From Mycobacteriales bacterium (GTDB taxonomy: Bacteria; Actinomycetota; Actinomycetes; JADGOV01), in assembly GCA_038232055.1 (NCBI GenBank), contig JBBSIN010000001.1, forward strand, positions 15,633 through 79,632: a stretch of 64,000 nt of DNA. The letters are read 5' to 3'. Below are positions 1 to 9,653 of the stretch, one piece after another. Within the stretch, counting starts at the first letter, position 1. Every line of letters begins with the position of its first letter. Position numbers and translations under genes: made by a program. The notes under the pieces are model-generated. The model did no database searches, had not been told where the DNA came from, and worked only from the letters and a program-made list of their open reading frames with translations.

Positions 1-1
1 C

Positions 2-151
2 GAGGTCTGGCCGCTGATCGAGACCGGCGCCATCCGTCCGGTGATCGACCGGGTGCTTCCGCTCTCCGAGGCGGCCGAGGCGCACCGTGCCGTTGAAGCC
101 GGCGGGCACGTCGGCAAGATCGTGCTCACGGCGGGACGGCGGACACCGTGA
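2..151 (+). CDS. Zn-dependent quinone oxidoreductase / MDR-family alcohol dehydrogenase, C-terminal fragment (5' partial)
   Basis: Frame 2 translates to ...EVWPLIETGAIRPVIDRVLPLSEAAEAHRAVEAGGHVGKIVLTAGRRTP*, a typical MDR/Qor C-terminus. Stop TGA at 149-151. Confidence 0.5.
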   Translation, partial: EVWPLIETGAIRPVIDRVLPLSEAAEAHRAVEAGGHVGKIVLTAGRRTP

Positions 152-1058
152 GCTGGTAGCAGTCGTGCAGGAACTGGCGCCGCATGCCGACGGACTCGTA
201 GAGACGCAGCGCACCCGTCGAGTTCTCGATATCGACGCCGAGCGCGACCTGAGGGAACCCCAGGCCGGCGAACCGCGCGAACGACATCCGCAGCAGCAGC
301 CGGCCCAGCCCCCGACCACGGAAAGCGCGTCGTACGCCGAGCCCCTGGACCCATCCCAGACCCTCGAGCCGCCGGCCGATGAGGGCCGCCGCCAGTTCGC
401 CGTCGTACTCCGCCAGTAGCCACAGGCTGCGGTCGTAGCCGGCGCGCGCTTGCTGCCGCTCTCGCCAGCTCTCGAGCGTCTCGGCGGTGCTGCCGAAGTG
501 CTCGGCGAAGGCCTCGGTCAGGACGACGTGCACTGCGGTCTCGTCCGCGTCGGCCCCAGCGCGTACGACGACCCGATCCGGCGGGTCCGGGGCCACCGTC
601 CCCGGCCCGACGTCGGCGATCATCCTGGCGAACTGGCGCACGCCGTTCCAGCCGGCCGCCCGCAGCGCTCGCCCAGTCCGTTTGTCGCCTCCCGCCGGCG
701 CCCACACGGTAGCGACCGTCGATGCGGTGTCGTAGGCACGGGCGTGCTCCGCCGCGCGCACGCCGATCCTTGCCAGCAGGTCGGCGTAGAGCGCGTCCGG
801 CGCGTCCGGGTGCACGTAGACCTCCGCGTCGACGGAAGCCCCCGCCGAGCGGGTCGTCGCGGCGGCGTAGCCCACCGCACGGCCGCCGTTGGTGGCGAGC
901 CACGCGTCGGAGTCGAGGTCGATCCCCGGCCGGGTCAGCTCCTCCACCGCGTCGGCGAGCTCGTAGTCGACGACACCGATCTCGGCGAGGTCGTCGGCGG
1001 CGGCGAGGGCGAAGAGGGCCGGGGCGTCGGAGGGCCGCGGACGGCGGACGGCGTACAC
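126..1058 (-). CDS. GNAT-family N-acetyltransferase, two-domain
   Basis: 310-aa ORF with two acetyl-CoA binding motifs (VRRAFRGRGLGRLLL and a second R-x-x-G-x-G region). Convergent overlap with the upstream fragment. Not clearly MshD. Confidence 0.6.
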   Translation of the reverse strand: MYAVRRPRPSDAPALFALAAADDLAEIGVVDYELADAVEELTRPGIDLDSDAWLATNGGRAVGYAAATTRSAGASVDAEVYVHPDAPDALYADLLARIGVRAAEHARAYDTASTVATVWAPAGGDKRTGRALRAAGWNGVRQFARMIADVGPGTVAPDPPDRVVVRAGADADETAVHVVLTEAFAEHFGSTAETLESWRERQQARAGYDRSLWLLAEYDGELAAALIGRRLEGLGWVQGLGVRRAFRGRGLGRLLLRMSFARFAGLGFPQVALGVDIENSTGALRLYESVGMRRQFLHDCYQLTVSAVPP

Positions 1059-1120
1059 GGGTCGACACGGTGCCGGGAACCGGCAGGGGAGAGCAAGCCG
1101 TTTTCGGGGAGACTAGGAGG

Positions 1121-1669
1121 ATGCCCGAAGCCAACGAAGACAGTGCAGCACCGCAGTCCCGGCCGCAGGTCGTCGTCGTCGGCCCGAACGGGATGGCCAT
1201 GGGTGGTGGCGAACCAGACTCGGCCCAGTCCGGCGACCCCTCCCCGACCGACCTCGTCGAACAGCCGGCGAAGGTCATGCGGATCGGGACGATGATCAAG
1301 CAGCTGCTCGACGAGGTGCGGGCGGCACCCCTCGACGAGGCCGCCCGGGCTCGCCTGCGAGAGATCCACTCGCGGTCCATCCACGAGCTGGAGGAGGGGT
1401 TGGCCCCGGAGCTGCGGGAGGAGCTGGAGCGGCTGTCGCTGCCGTTTGCCGACGGCGGCGTGCCGAGCGAACCGGAGCTGCGGGTGGCCCAGGCCCAGCT
1501 CGTCGGCTGGCTGGAGGGTCTCTTCCATGGCATCCAGACCGCGCTGTTCGCGCAGCAGATGGCCGCGCGGGCCCAGCTGGAGGAGATGCGCCGGCGTGCG
1601 TTGCCGCCTGGCGTGTCGCCGGACGCGGCGCAGGGTCCCGCGTTCGGCGGCTCCGGGCCCTATCTGTAG
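1121..1669 (+). CDS. bpa: Bacterial proteasome activator Bpa/PafE
   Basis: AGGAGG 5 nt upstream of ATG 1121. Protein ...LVEQPAKVMRIGTMIKQLLDEVRAAPLDEA...LVGWLEGLFHGIQTALFAQQMAARAQL... ending GSGPYL matches the recalled M. tuberculosis Rv3780 Bpa (C-terminal GQYL-type motif). The long Arg-rich upstream extension in the ORF track (722..) is rejected. Confidence 0.85.
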   Translation: MPEANEDSAAPQSRPQVVVVGPNGMAMGGGEPDSAQSGDPSPTDLVEQPAKVMRIGTMIKQLLDEVRAAPLDEAARARLREIHSRSIHELEEGLAPELREELERLSLPFADGGVPSEPELRVAQAQLVGWLEGLFHGIQTALFAQQMAARAQLEEMRRRALPPGVSPDAAQGPAFGGSGPYL

Positions 1670-2457
1670 GGCAGCAGTCGCTCCAGCACCTGGGCGACCC
1701 CGTCGTCGTCGTTGCTGTCGGTGTGCTCCGGTACGGCGTCGAGGACGCTGGCATGCGCGTTCGCCACCGCGACCGCCCGACCGGCCCAGGCCAGCATCGG
1801 CAGGTCGTTCGGCATGTCGCCGAACGCGAGCACGTCGGCGGCGCCGACGCCACGCTCGGTGCAGAGCAGCTCGAGGGTCGACGCCTTGCTCACGCCGCTG
1901 GCGCTGATCTCGATCAGGCCCTCGCGGCTGGAGTGGGTCAGCTCGGCGAGGTCTCCCACGACGTCGCGGGCGGCGGCGAGAAGGGCGTCGGCGTCGAGTC
2001 CGCCGTGGCGCACGAGGAGCTTTGCGGCCGGTTCGGCGACGAGCTCGTCCACCGCAGCGCCGACCGCATCGTCGGGGAGCGGCCAGCGGGGCCGGTAGCC
2101 GGGGCCGTAGCCGAACCCGGCGGCGCGCTCGACGGCGAAGGCTGCCTCCGGGAAGGCGTCCCGCACCACCCGGACGACCGCGGCCGCCGCCGCCGGTGCG
2201 AGCAGGTGCTCCTCGACCACTCGACGCGCACCGAGGTCGTAGACCAGAGCGCCGTTCGCGCAGATCGCAAGGCCGCGCTGGCCCGTGGCGTCGGCAATCG
2301 GGTCCAGCCAGCGGGGCGGCCGACCGGTCACGAAGACGACGAGCACGCCGGCGTCCTCCATGGCGGAGAGCGCGTCGGTCGTACGCCGCGAGATCGTGCC
2401 GTCGCTGCGCACGATGGTCCCGTCGAGATCGGTCGCGACGACCCGGGGAAGCGTCAC
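1660..2457 (-). CDS. HAD-IIB (Cof-type) hydrolase
   Basis: [10 protein letters not shown]...VTGRP...[10 protein letters not shown] motifs. GTG start at 2457 overlaps the serS stop (GTGA). Confidence 0.7.
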   Translation of the reverse strand: MTLPRVVATDLDGTIVRSDGTISRRTTDALSAMEDAGVLVVFVTGRPPRWLDPIADATGQRGLAICANGALVYDLGARRVVEEHLLAPAAAAAVVRVVRDAFPEAAFAVERAAGFGYGPGYRPRWPLPDDAVGAAVDELVAEPAAKLLVRHGGLDADALLAAARDVVGDLAELTHSSREGLIEISASGVSKASTLELLCTERGVGAADVLAFGDMPNDLPMLAWAGRAVAVANAHASVLDAVPEHTDSNDDDGVAQVLERLLPYR

Positions 2458-3716
2458 CGGAGGGGCTCGAGCACCTCGCGTCCGAGGTACGGCCGCAGCG
2501 CCGTCGGCAATCGCACCGACCCGTCGGCCTGCTGGTGCACCTCGAGCAGCACGACGATCGTGCGGGCGACCGCGCACAGGGTGCCGTTGAGGGTCGCCAG
2601 CGGCTCGACCGTGTCGGCGTTGCGCATCCGGATCCCGAGCCGACGGGCCTGGAAGGTCGTGCAGTTCGACGCCGACGTCACCTCCAGCCACCGCTGCTGG
2701 GAGGGCAGCCAGGCCTCGCAGTCGAACTTGCGTGCCGCGCTGCCGCCGAGGTCCCCGGCCGCGATGTCCAGGACCCGGTAGGGCAACTCCAGCTTGGCGA
2801 GGAACTCCTTCTCCCAGCCGAGCAGCCGACGGTGCTCGTCGACGGCCTCCGCAGGTCGGCAGAAGGAGAACATCTCGACCTTGTCGAACTGGTGCACCCG
2901 GATGATGCCGCGGGTGTCGCGGCCGTGCGATCCTGCCTCGCGGCGAAAGCACGTGGAGAACCCGGCGTAGCGGCGCGGCAGCGTGTCGCCGTCGAGAATC
3001 TCCTCCGAGTGGTACGCCGCGAGCGGCACCTCGCTGGTGCCCACGAGGTAGAGCTCGTCCTCCGCCGTCCGGTAGACCTCGCTGGCGTGCGCGCCGAGGT
3101 AGCCGGTGCCCTCCATCGCCGCCGGCCGCACGAGGGCCGGCGCGATCACCGGCACGAAACCGGCCTCGACGGCCTGCGCGACGGCGAGGTTGACCAGAGC
3201 CAGTTCGAGCAGCGCGCCGACACCGGTGAGGAAGTAGAAGCGGGCGCCGGAAACCTTCGCTCCGCGCTCCATGTCGATCGCGCCGAGCATCTCCCCGAGC
3301 TCGAGGTGGTCGCGGACCGGGAAGTCGTATCCCGCCCGCACGCCGACCTCCTCCACCACGACGGAGTCCTCCTCGCCGCCCGGCGCCACGCCCTCGGCCA
3401 CGACGTTGGGGATGGCGAGCAACGCCTCGCGCAGCCGGGCGTCGACGTCGCCCTGCCGCGCCTCGGCCTCCTTGACCGCCCCGGCGAGGTTTCTGGCCTT
3501 GGCGAGCAGCGCCTGCTTGTCCGCCCCGCCGGCGCGGGCGACGTCCTTGCCGAGCGACTTCTGCTCGGCGCGCAGCTCGTCGAAGCGGCGTACGGCGGAC
3601 CGGCGGTGCTCGTCGGCGTCGAGCAAGGCGTCGACGAGCCCGGGATCGTCGCCCCGCGCGCGCTGTGAGGCGCGGACCCGCTCCGGGTCGTCCCGCACCA
3701 GCCGCAGGTCGATCAT
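2454..3716 (-). CDS. serS: Seryl-tRNA synthetase
   Basis: 420 aa with an N-terminal coiled coil and class II aaRS motifs ([16 protein letters not shown]...). Full-length SerS architecture. Confidence 0.9.
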   Translation of the reverse strand: MIDLRLVRDDPERVRASQRARGDDPGLVDALLDADEHRRSAVRRFDELRAEQKSLGKDVARAGGADKQALLAKARNLAGAVKEAEARQGDVDARLREALLAIPNVVAEGVAPGGEEDSVVVEEVGVRAGYDFPVRDHLELGEMLGAIDMERGAKVSGARFYFLTGVGALLELALVNLAVAQAVEAGFVPVIAPALVRPAAMEGTGYLGAHASEVYRTAEDELYLVGTSEVPLAAYHSEEILDGDTLPRRYAGFSTCFRREAGSHGRDTRGIIRVHQFDKVEMFSFCRPAEAVDEHRRLLGWEKEFLAKLELPYRVLDIAAGDLGGSAARKFDCEAWLPSQQRWLEVTSASNCTTFQARRLGIRMRNADTVEPLATLNGTLCAVARTIVVLLEVHQQADGSVRLPTALRPYLGREVLEPLR

Positions 3717-3758
3717 GCGGCCGAGCCTAACCCGCGACCGCTGGCTAGGGTCCTAGCT

Positions 3759-4508
3759 GTGACCAGTGCGGACCAGGGCGCCGGCTACCTGGGTGCCGGC
3801 TACCTTGATCTGGGCTTCGCCAAGCTCGACACCGCTCGGGCCGAGCGCACCGGCGATCCGGAGGTCGTCTACGCCGAGGGCAAGACGGCCGAGGAGACGG
3901 TCGCCCTGCTACGCGCGCTGCGCGACACCGAGCCCGACCGGCCGGCGCTCGCCACCCGAGTTCCGGCGGCCGTCGCCGACGCGGTGCGAGCGGCGTTCCC
4001 GCCCGTCGTCATCGACGCCCAGGCCGGCTGTGTCGCAGTCGGCGACCTGCCGGAGCCGGCCGGCACGGTGTGCGTGGTGTCCGCCGGCACGAGCGACGGC
4101 CGGGTCGCTGCCGAGGCGGCTTTCGTCGCGAGAGCCTTTGGTGCTGGGGTGCAGCGGATCGCGGACGTGGGGGTGGCCGGTCTGCACCGGCTGCTCGACG
4201 TCCGCCCGGCACTCGCCGCCGCCGACTGCCTCGTCGTCGTGGCCGGGATGGAGGGCGCCCTGCCGAGCGTCGTCGGCGGCCGTGTCGGCACCCCACTCGT
4301 CGCCGTACCCACGAGTGTCGGCTACGGGGCCTCGTACGGCGGGCTGGCGGCGCTGCTCGCGATGCTGAACTCCTGCTCGCCGGGGGTGGTCGTCGTCAAT
4401 ATCGACAACGGGTTTGGTGCCGGGGTCTTCGCAGCCCGGGTCGCGCGCCGGGTGGCGGCGGGGGCGGCGGGAGCGGCGGGGCGGGTCGGGTCAGGTCGCG
4501 AGTCGTGA
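3759..4508 (+). CDS. larB: LarB-like PurE-family carboxylase/hydrolase (nickel-pincer nucleotide biosynthesis)
   Basis: 249 aa. PurE-like motif VVSAGTSD, followed by CLVVVAGMEGALP. GTG start. Sits directly upstream of a DUF111/LarC gene with a 4-nt overlap. Confidence 0.7.
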   Translation: MTSADQGAGYLGAGYLDLGFAKLDTARAERTGDPEVVYAEGKTAEETVALLRALRDTEPDRPALATRVPAAVADAVRAAFPPVVIDAQAGCVAVGDLPEPAGTVCVVSAGTSDGRVAAEAAFVARAFGAGVQRIADVGVAGLHRLLDVRPALAAADCLVVVAGMEGALPSVVGGRVGTPLVAVPTSVGYGASYGGLAALLAMLNSCSPGVVVVNIDNGFGAGVFAARVARRVAAGAAGAAGRVGSGRES

Positions 4509-5719
4509 CGCGACTCGGCTGGTGGGACTGCTCGGCCGGCGCGAGCGGCGACATGTGCCTCGGCGCGCTCGCCGACGCCGGCGTACCGCTCGATCTCATG
4601 CAGTCGGCCATCGACGCCGTCGGCACCGAGCGGGTCACCCTCACCGCATCCGAGGTGGAGCGGCACGGCGTGGCCGCGACCAAGGTCGACGTCCACGCGC
4701 CGCGCACGGCGGTCGTGCGAACTTGGGCCAACGTCCGCGACGTCCTCGAGCACGCGAACATCGAGGAGCCGGTGCGCGCGGTCGCGCTCGGCGCGTTCGC
4801 CCGGCTCGCAGAGGCCGAGGCGGTCGCGCACCGGACGTCTCCGGAACTCGTGCACTTCCACGAGGTCGGCGGGCTCGACGCGATCGCCGACATCGTCGGC
4901 GCGGCCGCGGGCCTGCACGCGCTCGCGCTGGACCGGATGACCGGCTCGGCGGTGACGCTCGGCGGTGGCATGGTCCGCGGGGAGCACGGGCTGCTGCCGG
5001 TGCCGGCTCCGGCGGTGCTCACGCTGCTCACCGCGGCCGGTGCGCCGGTCGTGGGCGGCCCGGCGCCGTACGAGATGTGTACGCCGACCGGCGCGGCCCT
5101 GCTCGCCGCCACGGTGACCCGATGGGGTCCGCTGCCGCCGATGCGGATCTCCGCCGTGGGCACCGGTGCGGGCGGCCGCGACGTGGACGAATTGCCGAAC
5201 GTGCTGCGGCTCGTCGTCGGGCTCGTCGTCGACCCGGCGGCCGGCGAGGAGGCCGCGACGGAGTCGAGCGCCGAGCCGCTGCTCATCGAGACGAATGTCG
5301 ACGACCTCGACCCGCGGCTGTGGCCGGCGGTGCTCGCTCGACTGCTCGACGCCGGGGCGGCCGACGCCTGGCTGACCCCGATCCTGATGAAGAAGGGCCG
5401 GCCGGCGCACACCCTCTCGGTACTCGTCGCGTCCGACCGGGCCGACGCCGCCCGCCGGGTGATGTTCACGGAGACGTCGACGATCGGGGTCCGGGAGCGG
5501 CGGGTGAGCAAGCGCGCGCTCGAGCGCGACGTCGTGGAGGTGCACCTCTCCGGGATCCGGATCCGGGTCAAGACGGCCCGGCTCGACGGCGAGATCGTCA
5601 ACGCCTCCCCCGAGTACGACGACGTGGCGGCGGCCGCCGTACAGCTCGGCCGGCCGATGAAGGCAGTCCTCGCCGCTGCGGTCGCGGCGGCCTCCGGAAT
5701 CCTCGACGGGGGCGCGTGA
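4505..5719 (+). CDS. larC: LarC-like nickel insertion protein (DUF111)
   Basis: N-terminus VTRLGWWDCSAGASGDMCLGALADAGV (the D-C-x-x-G-x-S-G-D-M signature) and C-terminal LTPILMKKGRP...TIGVRER. GTG 4505 overlaps the larB stop. Confidence 0.75.
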   Translation: MTRLGWWDCSAGASGDMCLGALADAGVPLDLMQSAIDAVGTERVTLTASEVERHGVAATKVDVHAPRTAVVRTWANVRDVLEHANIEEPVRAVALGAFARLAEAEAVAHRTSPELVHFHEVGGLDAIADIVGAAAGLHALALDRMTGSAVTLGGGMVRGEHGLLPVPAPAVLTLLTAAGAPVVGGPAPYEMCTPTGAALLAATVTRWGPLPPMRISAVGTGAGGRDVDELPNVLRLVVGLVVDPAAGEEAATESSAEPLLIETNVDDLDPRLWPAVLARLLDAGAADAWLTPILMKKGRPAHTLSVLVASDRADAARRVMFTETSTIGVRERRVSKRALERDVVEVHLSGIRIRVKTARLDGEIVNASPEYDDVAAAAVQLGRPMKAVLAAAVAAASGILDGGA

Positions 5720-6306
5720 ACCTCGTCGTCGCCGCTACCGCATTCGGCCTTCTGCTGCCTGCGGAGCTGCCGGACAAGACGCTCGTCGCGACGCTGGTCC
5801 TCGCGACCCGCTATCGGCCGCGGCCGGTCTGGGTGGGAGTGTCGCTCGCGTTTGCCGTGCAGAGCCTGACCGCTGTCGTCGCCGGCGGGCTGGTGTCGGC
5901 GCTGCCGCGCCGGCTCGTGTTGGCGGCCACGTCCGTCCTCTTCGCGGTCGGGTGCTACGTGCTGCTCTTTCGCTCCGAGTCGAAAGGAGTCGACGAGCCG
6001 GCGGCGGCCGTCGAGGGGCCGCCCACCGCCCGCCGGATCGCCGGGACCAGCTTCGGCGTCCTGTTCGTCGCCGAGTGGGGCGACTTCTCGCAGTTGCTCA
6101 CCGCCGGTCTAGCGGCACGCTTTCGCGACCCGGTCAGCGTCTTCGTCGGCTCGTGGGCCGCGCTCGCCGTCGTCGCCGCGGTGGCCGTGACCGCCGGTCG
6201 CGGGCTGCAGCGGGTGGTACCGCTCGAGAAGGTGCGCCGGGTTGCTGGAGTGCTCTTCGGCCTGCTCGCGGTGGTCACGGCCCTGCAGGCCGCCGGAGTG
6301 GGGTGA
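5716..6306 (+). CDS. UPF0016 / GDT1-TMEM165 family cation (Mn2+/Ca2+) transporter
   Basis: Two E-x-G-D-(KR)-(TS)-type motifs (ELPDKT, EWGDFSQ) in a 196-aa polytopic protein. GTG 5716 overlaps the larC stop. Confidence 0.7.
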   Translation: MNLVVAATAFGLLLPAELPDKTLVATLVLATRYRPRPVWVGVSLAFAVQSLTAVVAGGLVSALPRRLVLAATSVLFAVGCYVLLFRSESKGVDEPAAAVEGPPTARRIAGTSFGVLFVAEWGDFSQLLTAGLAARFRDPVSVFVGSWAALAVVAAVAVTAGRGLQRVVPLEKVRRVAGVLFGLLAVVTALQAAGVG

Positions 6307-6343
6307 GTGACCAGCGGAGTGGGGTAAGTGACCTGGGAAGATC

Positions 6344-6425
6344 GTCCGAGTGCCGGTCCGAGTGCCGGTCCGAGGAGATCATGCTCCTTGACCTGCGGAT
6401 ATATGACTGCTGCTCCTCGGACTGC
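6344..6425. repeat. Composite short tandem repeat element: (GTCCGAGTGCCG)x2.5, spacer containing ACCTGCGGA and ATATGA, then (TGCTCCTCGGAC)x2
   Basis: Read directly from the sequence. GTCCGAGGAG and CTCCTCGGAC are reverse complements, giving an inverted array. A sibling element lies at 17781-17910. Confidence 0.6.
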
Positions 6426-6490
6426 TCCTCGGACCGAGGCGGGCGGGGGGGCAGGGCGCGGGCAGGCCCCGGCGTGGGCAGGGCAGACGC

Positions 6491-6522
6491 CGACGGCCCC
6501 GCCGATTAGGGCGGGGCCGTCG
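6491..6522. terminator. GC-rich perfect hairpin (12-bp stem, 5-nt loop GATTA) between convergent genes
   Basis: GACGGCCCCGCC gatta GGGCGGGGCCGTC. Lies 32 nt beyond the stop of the minus-strand gene at 6553. No U-tract, which is common in high-GC actinobacteria. Confidence 0.5.
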
Positions 6523-6552
6523 GGTTGCTGCTGGAAGCCGTACCAGCCGGGA

Positions 6553-7434
6553 TCAGCGGGTGCGCTCCTCCGTGGCGGAGGTGGTGCCGCCATCCGGGTA
6601 GACGCCGCTGGTGCTCTCGCCGCCTTCGGTGTCGATCTGCTCCTTACGGACCTGCTCGCTCACCTCACGCTGGTCGGTGACGGTCTCCTTGTCGAGGCGT
6701 ACCCGCTCGACCGGGACGGTCTCCTTGTCGACGACCGGCCGCTCCTCGGTGAGGGTGATCTCGTGCTCCTCCTCGGACAGCCCGGGACCGGAGGTCGCCT
6801 GGCCGATGTTGGCATCGGTGATCGGCTCGCGCTCGACCCGCACCTCTTCCCGGCTGACCGGCACGGTCTGCGTGACGTTCTCGGTCACGACGTACTTCCG
6901 CAGCCGTGCGCGGCCGGTCTCGACCTGCTCCTTGCCGACGCTGAGCCGCTCCTCGGAGCGCGTCATCGCGTCGTCCGTCGTGGGCCCGCTGACGTCGCGG
7001 CCGACCGGTTCACGCCCGGTCGTGGTGCCCGTACCGGCAGTGCCGGAGGCGTAGGTTCCGGCGCCGGTGGCGCTCAGGTCGTCGCCGGTGGACATGCCCT
7101 CGGTCGTGGTCCGCGCGTGCGGGCCGGTGAGGCCGTAGTGCATGTACAGGCGGTCCTCCTCCTCGGGCGTGATCTCACCGTCCGGGTCGACGCCCGGCGC
7201 ATCCTTGACCAGGTCCTTGGGGTACGGGACCACGAGGTCGTCGTCGTCGACCCGTGCCTCGTCGAGCGGCACGAAGTTGGCCTTGCCGCCGAACATGCCG
7301 GTGTTGACCGTCACGAACGTCGGATGGCCGTCCTCGCGGTCGGCGTACATCTGGTCGATCTTGCCGATCTTCTGCCCGTCGTTGCCGACGACGGTGCGGC
7401 CGGCGAGGGTCTGGAAATCTTCCTGACCAAGCAT
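6553..7434 (-). CDS. PRC-barrel plus DUF2382 (YsnF/AvaK-like) stress-associated protein
   Basis: N-terminal PRC-barrel-like segment (TLAGRTVVGNDGQKIGKIDQMYAD...), a Gly/Thr-rich linker, and a C-terminal DUF2382-like repeat (LRKYVVTENVTQTVPVSREEVRVEREPI...). The first 290 codons of the track ORF are antisense to the epimerase gene and are rejected. Confidence 0.55.
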   Translation of the reverse strand: MLGQEDFQTLAGRTVVGNDGQKIGKIDQMYADREDGHPTFVTVNTGMFGGKANFVPLDEARVDDDDLVVPYPKDLVKDAPGVDPDGEITPEEEDRLYMHYGLTGPHARTTTEGMSTGDDLSATGAGTYASGTAGTGTTTGREPVGRDVSGPTTDDAMTRSEERLSVGKEQVETGRARLRKYVVTENVTQTVPVSREEVRVEREPITDANIGQATSGPGLSEEEHEITLTEERPVVDKETVPVERVRLDKETVTDQREVSEQVRKEQIDTEGGESTSGVYPDGGTTSATEERTR

Positions 7435-7545
7435 GCGGGCCCCTCCTTCTTCCATATGTTGGGGTTTGGTGCTGTCCCTGCCCCATCCCTGGGGTTGCGT
7501 AACCGTCGCACCGGCCTTTCCTGGGTGGCACGTACCGTCGCAGGC

Positions 7546-8637
7546 GTGCGCGTCCTCGTCACCGGCGGTGCCGGCTTCGTCGGCTCCCACGTCGTCGACG
7601 CACTGCTCGCCGGCGGAGACGCGGTCCGGGTCCTCGACGTGCTCCTGCCGGCGGCACACGGCATCGGTGAGGTGCCCGCGTACGTCGACCCGCGCGCCGA
7701 GATGGTCATCGGGGACGTCGGCGACGCCGATGTCGTACGCCGCGTGCTGACCGGCGTCGATGCGGTCTGCCACCAGGCGGCGATGGTCGGTCTCGGCGTC
7801 GACGTCGCCGACCTGCCCGCCTACGCCGCCAACAACGACCTCGGGACGGCGGTGCTGCTCGCCGGCATGGCCGAGGCCGGGGTGAAAAGCATGGTCCTGG
7901 CCTCCTCGATGGTCGTCTACGGCGAGGGCCGCTACACCTGCATCCACCACGGCGTGGTCCGTCCCGGACCGCGTGCCCGGGCCGACCTCGCGGCCGGACG
8001 CTTCGAGCCGCGGTGCCCGCGGTGCGGAGCCGACCTCGCCACGGCCGGCGTGCCGGAGGACGCGCCGCTCGACCCGCGCAACGCCTACGCCGCCACCAAG
8101 GTGGCGCAGGAGCATCTCGCCGCCGCCTGGTCGCTGTCCACGGGTGGCGCGGTCACGGCGCTGCGCTACCACAACGTCTACGGGCCGCGGATGCCGCGCG
8201 ACACGCCGTACGCCGGGGTCGCTTCGATCTTCCGGTCGGCGCTGGCGGCGGGCCGACCGCCGCAGGTATTCGAGGACGGTGGGCAGCGGCGCGACTTCGT
8301 CCACGTCCGCGACGTCGCGCGGGCGAACGTCGTCGCGCTGACCGCTCCGACGGCGCTAGCCGCGCCGCGGGACGGTTTCGCGGCCTACAACGTGGCGAGC
8401 GGCGAGCCACACACCGTGGCTGAGATGGCGGCGGCTCTCGCGGCGGAGTACGGCGGTCCGGCGCCGGTCGTGACCGGCGAGTACCGGCTGGGCGACGTCC
8501 GGCACGTGGTCGCGGACCCCGGTCGGGCGCAGCGCGAGCTGGGCTTGCGCGCCCGGGTCGACTTCGCCGAGGGGATGCGCGAGTTCGCGACCGCCCCGCT
8601 GCGCGGCGAGCCAGCGCCCGACCAAGCGCGCGGCTAA
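7546..8637 (+). CDS. NAD-dependent epimerase/dehydratase (SDR extended family) with a Cys-rich insertion
   Basis: [18 protein letters not shown] Rossmann N-terminus and a YAATK catalytic motif. Insertion CIHHG...CPRCG between the core strands. Confidence 0.75.
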   Translation: MRVLVTGGAGFVGSHVVDALLAGGDAVRVLDVLLPAAHGIGEVPAYVDPRAEMVIGDVGDADVVRRVLTGVDAVCHQAAMVGLGVDVADLPAYAANNDLGTAVLLAGMAEAGVKSMVLASSMVVYGEGRYTCIHHGVVRPGPRARADLAAGRFEPRCPRCGADLATAGVPEDAPLDPRNAYAATKVAQEHLAAAWSLSTGGAVTALRYHNVYGPRMPRDTPYAGVASIFRSALAAGRPPQVFEDGGQRRDFVHVRDVARANVVALTAPTALAAPRDGFAAYNVASGEPHTVAEMAAALAAEYGGPAPVVTGEYRLGDVRHVVADPGRAQRELGLRARVDFAEGMREFATAPLRGEPAPDQARG

Positions 8638-9653
8638 CCGGGGACGGGAAGCGGCAGCCGTACGACGAACCGGCAACCGTTCTCAGTGTTCTCGACGGCG
8701 ATCTCGCCGTCGTGGGCCTCCACGATGCCCCGCGCGATAGCGAGCCCGAGGCCGGCGCCGCCGTCGTGCGGCGTCCGCGCGGCCGTGCCGCGGAAGGCGA
8801 CGTCGAAGACCCGGCCGAGGTCGGAGTCCGGGATGCCGCCGCACGCATCGGTCACCGCGACGTACGCGCGCGCGCCGTCGGCCGCGCCGACGACCTCGAC
8901 CGTGCCGTCGCTCGGCGTGTGCCGGATCGCGTTGACGAGTAGGTTGCGCAGCACCCGGCCGATCTCGTCGGCGTCGGCGGCGACCGGCAGGTCGGTCTCG
9001 GCGTGCCCCCGAAGCTGCACTCCCTTGGCCCGGGCCATCGGCTCGGCGCGCTCGAGCGCCTCGGCCACCAGGTCGGCGAGTGCCACCCGTTCGACCGAGA
9101 GCCGGAGCGCACCGGCCGAGATCCGCGAGAGCTCGAACAGGTCACCGACCATGTCGGCCAGCCGGTCGGTCTCCACCCGGATCCGCCGGCAGTAGCGCGT
9201 GACCGTCTCCGGGTCGTCGACCACGCCGTCCTCGATCGCCTCCGCCATGGCGCGTACGCCGGCGAGCGGGGTGCGCAGGTCGTGGCTCATCCAGGCGACC
9301 AGCTCTCGCCGGCTGCTCTCCAGCATCCGCTCGCGCTCCTGCTCGACGCCGAGGCGCTGGTGTCCCGCCTCGCTCCGCGCGAGGACGAGGGCGACCGGGA
9401 TGCCGGCCAGACCGGCGACGACGGCGACGAGCAGGACGACGTCGTACTGCGCCTGGGACGGGAACATCAGCAGTCCGCTGGCGACCGCCGCGGCCGCGAC
9501 CGTGATGGCCGGCACGAGCGCCACCACCGCGACGGACAGCGCGATCGAGCGTCGGCGGAACCGGCGGAGGACGACCAGGCCGACCGCGGCGACGGCGGCC
9601 GCGACGGCGGCCGCGACGCCCACCACTTCGACGATCTCCGAGGCCGGGATCAC
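8634..9653 (-). CDS. Sensor histidine kinase (two TM helices, no extracytoplasmic sensor domain)
   Basis: HisKA H-box [10 protein letters not shown] plus HATPase motifs ([24 protein letters not shown]). GTG 9653 lies immediately after the stop of the upstream response regulator. Confidence 0.75.
   Translation of the reverse strand: MIPASEIVEVVGVAAAVAAAVAAVGLVVLRRFRRRSIALSVAVVALVPAITVAAAAVASGLLMFPSQAQYDVVLLVAVVAGLAGIPVALVLARSEAGHQRLGVEQERERMLESSRRELVAWMSHDLRTPLAGVRAMAEAIEDGVVDDPETVTRYCRRIRVETDRLADMVGDLFELSRISAGALRLSVERVALADLVAEALERAEPMARAKGVQLRGHAETDLPVAADADEIGRVLRNLLVNAIRHTPSDGTVEVVGAADGARAYVAVTDACGGIPDSDLGRVFDVAFRGTAARTPHDGGAGLGLAIARGIVEAHDGEIAVENTENGCRFVVRLPLPVPG

Noticed and set aside
722-1120. 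Long Arg/Pro-rich N-terminal extension of the bpa ORF (track ORF 722..1669) and overlapping ORFs 450..1295 and 935..1528
   Set aside because: Low-complexity RRRR/PPPP translation typical of out-of-frame or antisense reading in high-GC DNA. It is antisense to a well-supported GNAT gene. Bpa homology begins at ATG 1121, which also has an AGGAGG SD.
4414-5715. 630-aa track ORF fusing Arg-rich sequence to the UPF0016 transporter
   Set aside because: The upstream 434 codons overlap larC in another frame and are compositionally junk. The real start is GTG 5716, coupled to the larC stop.
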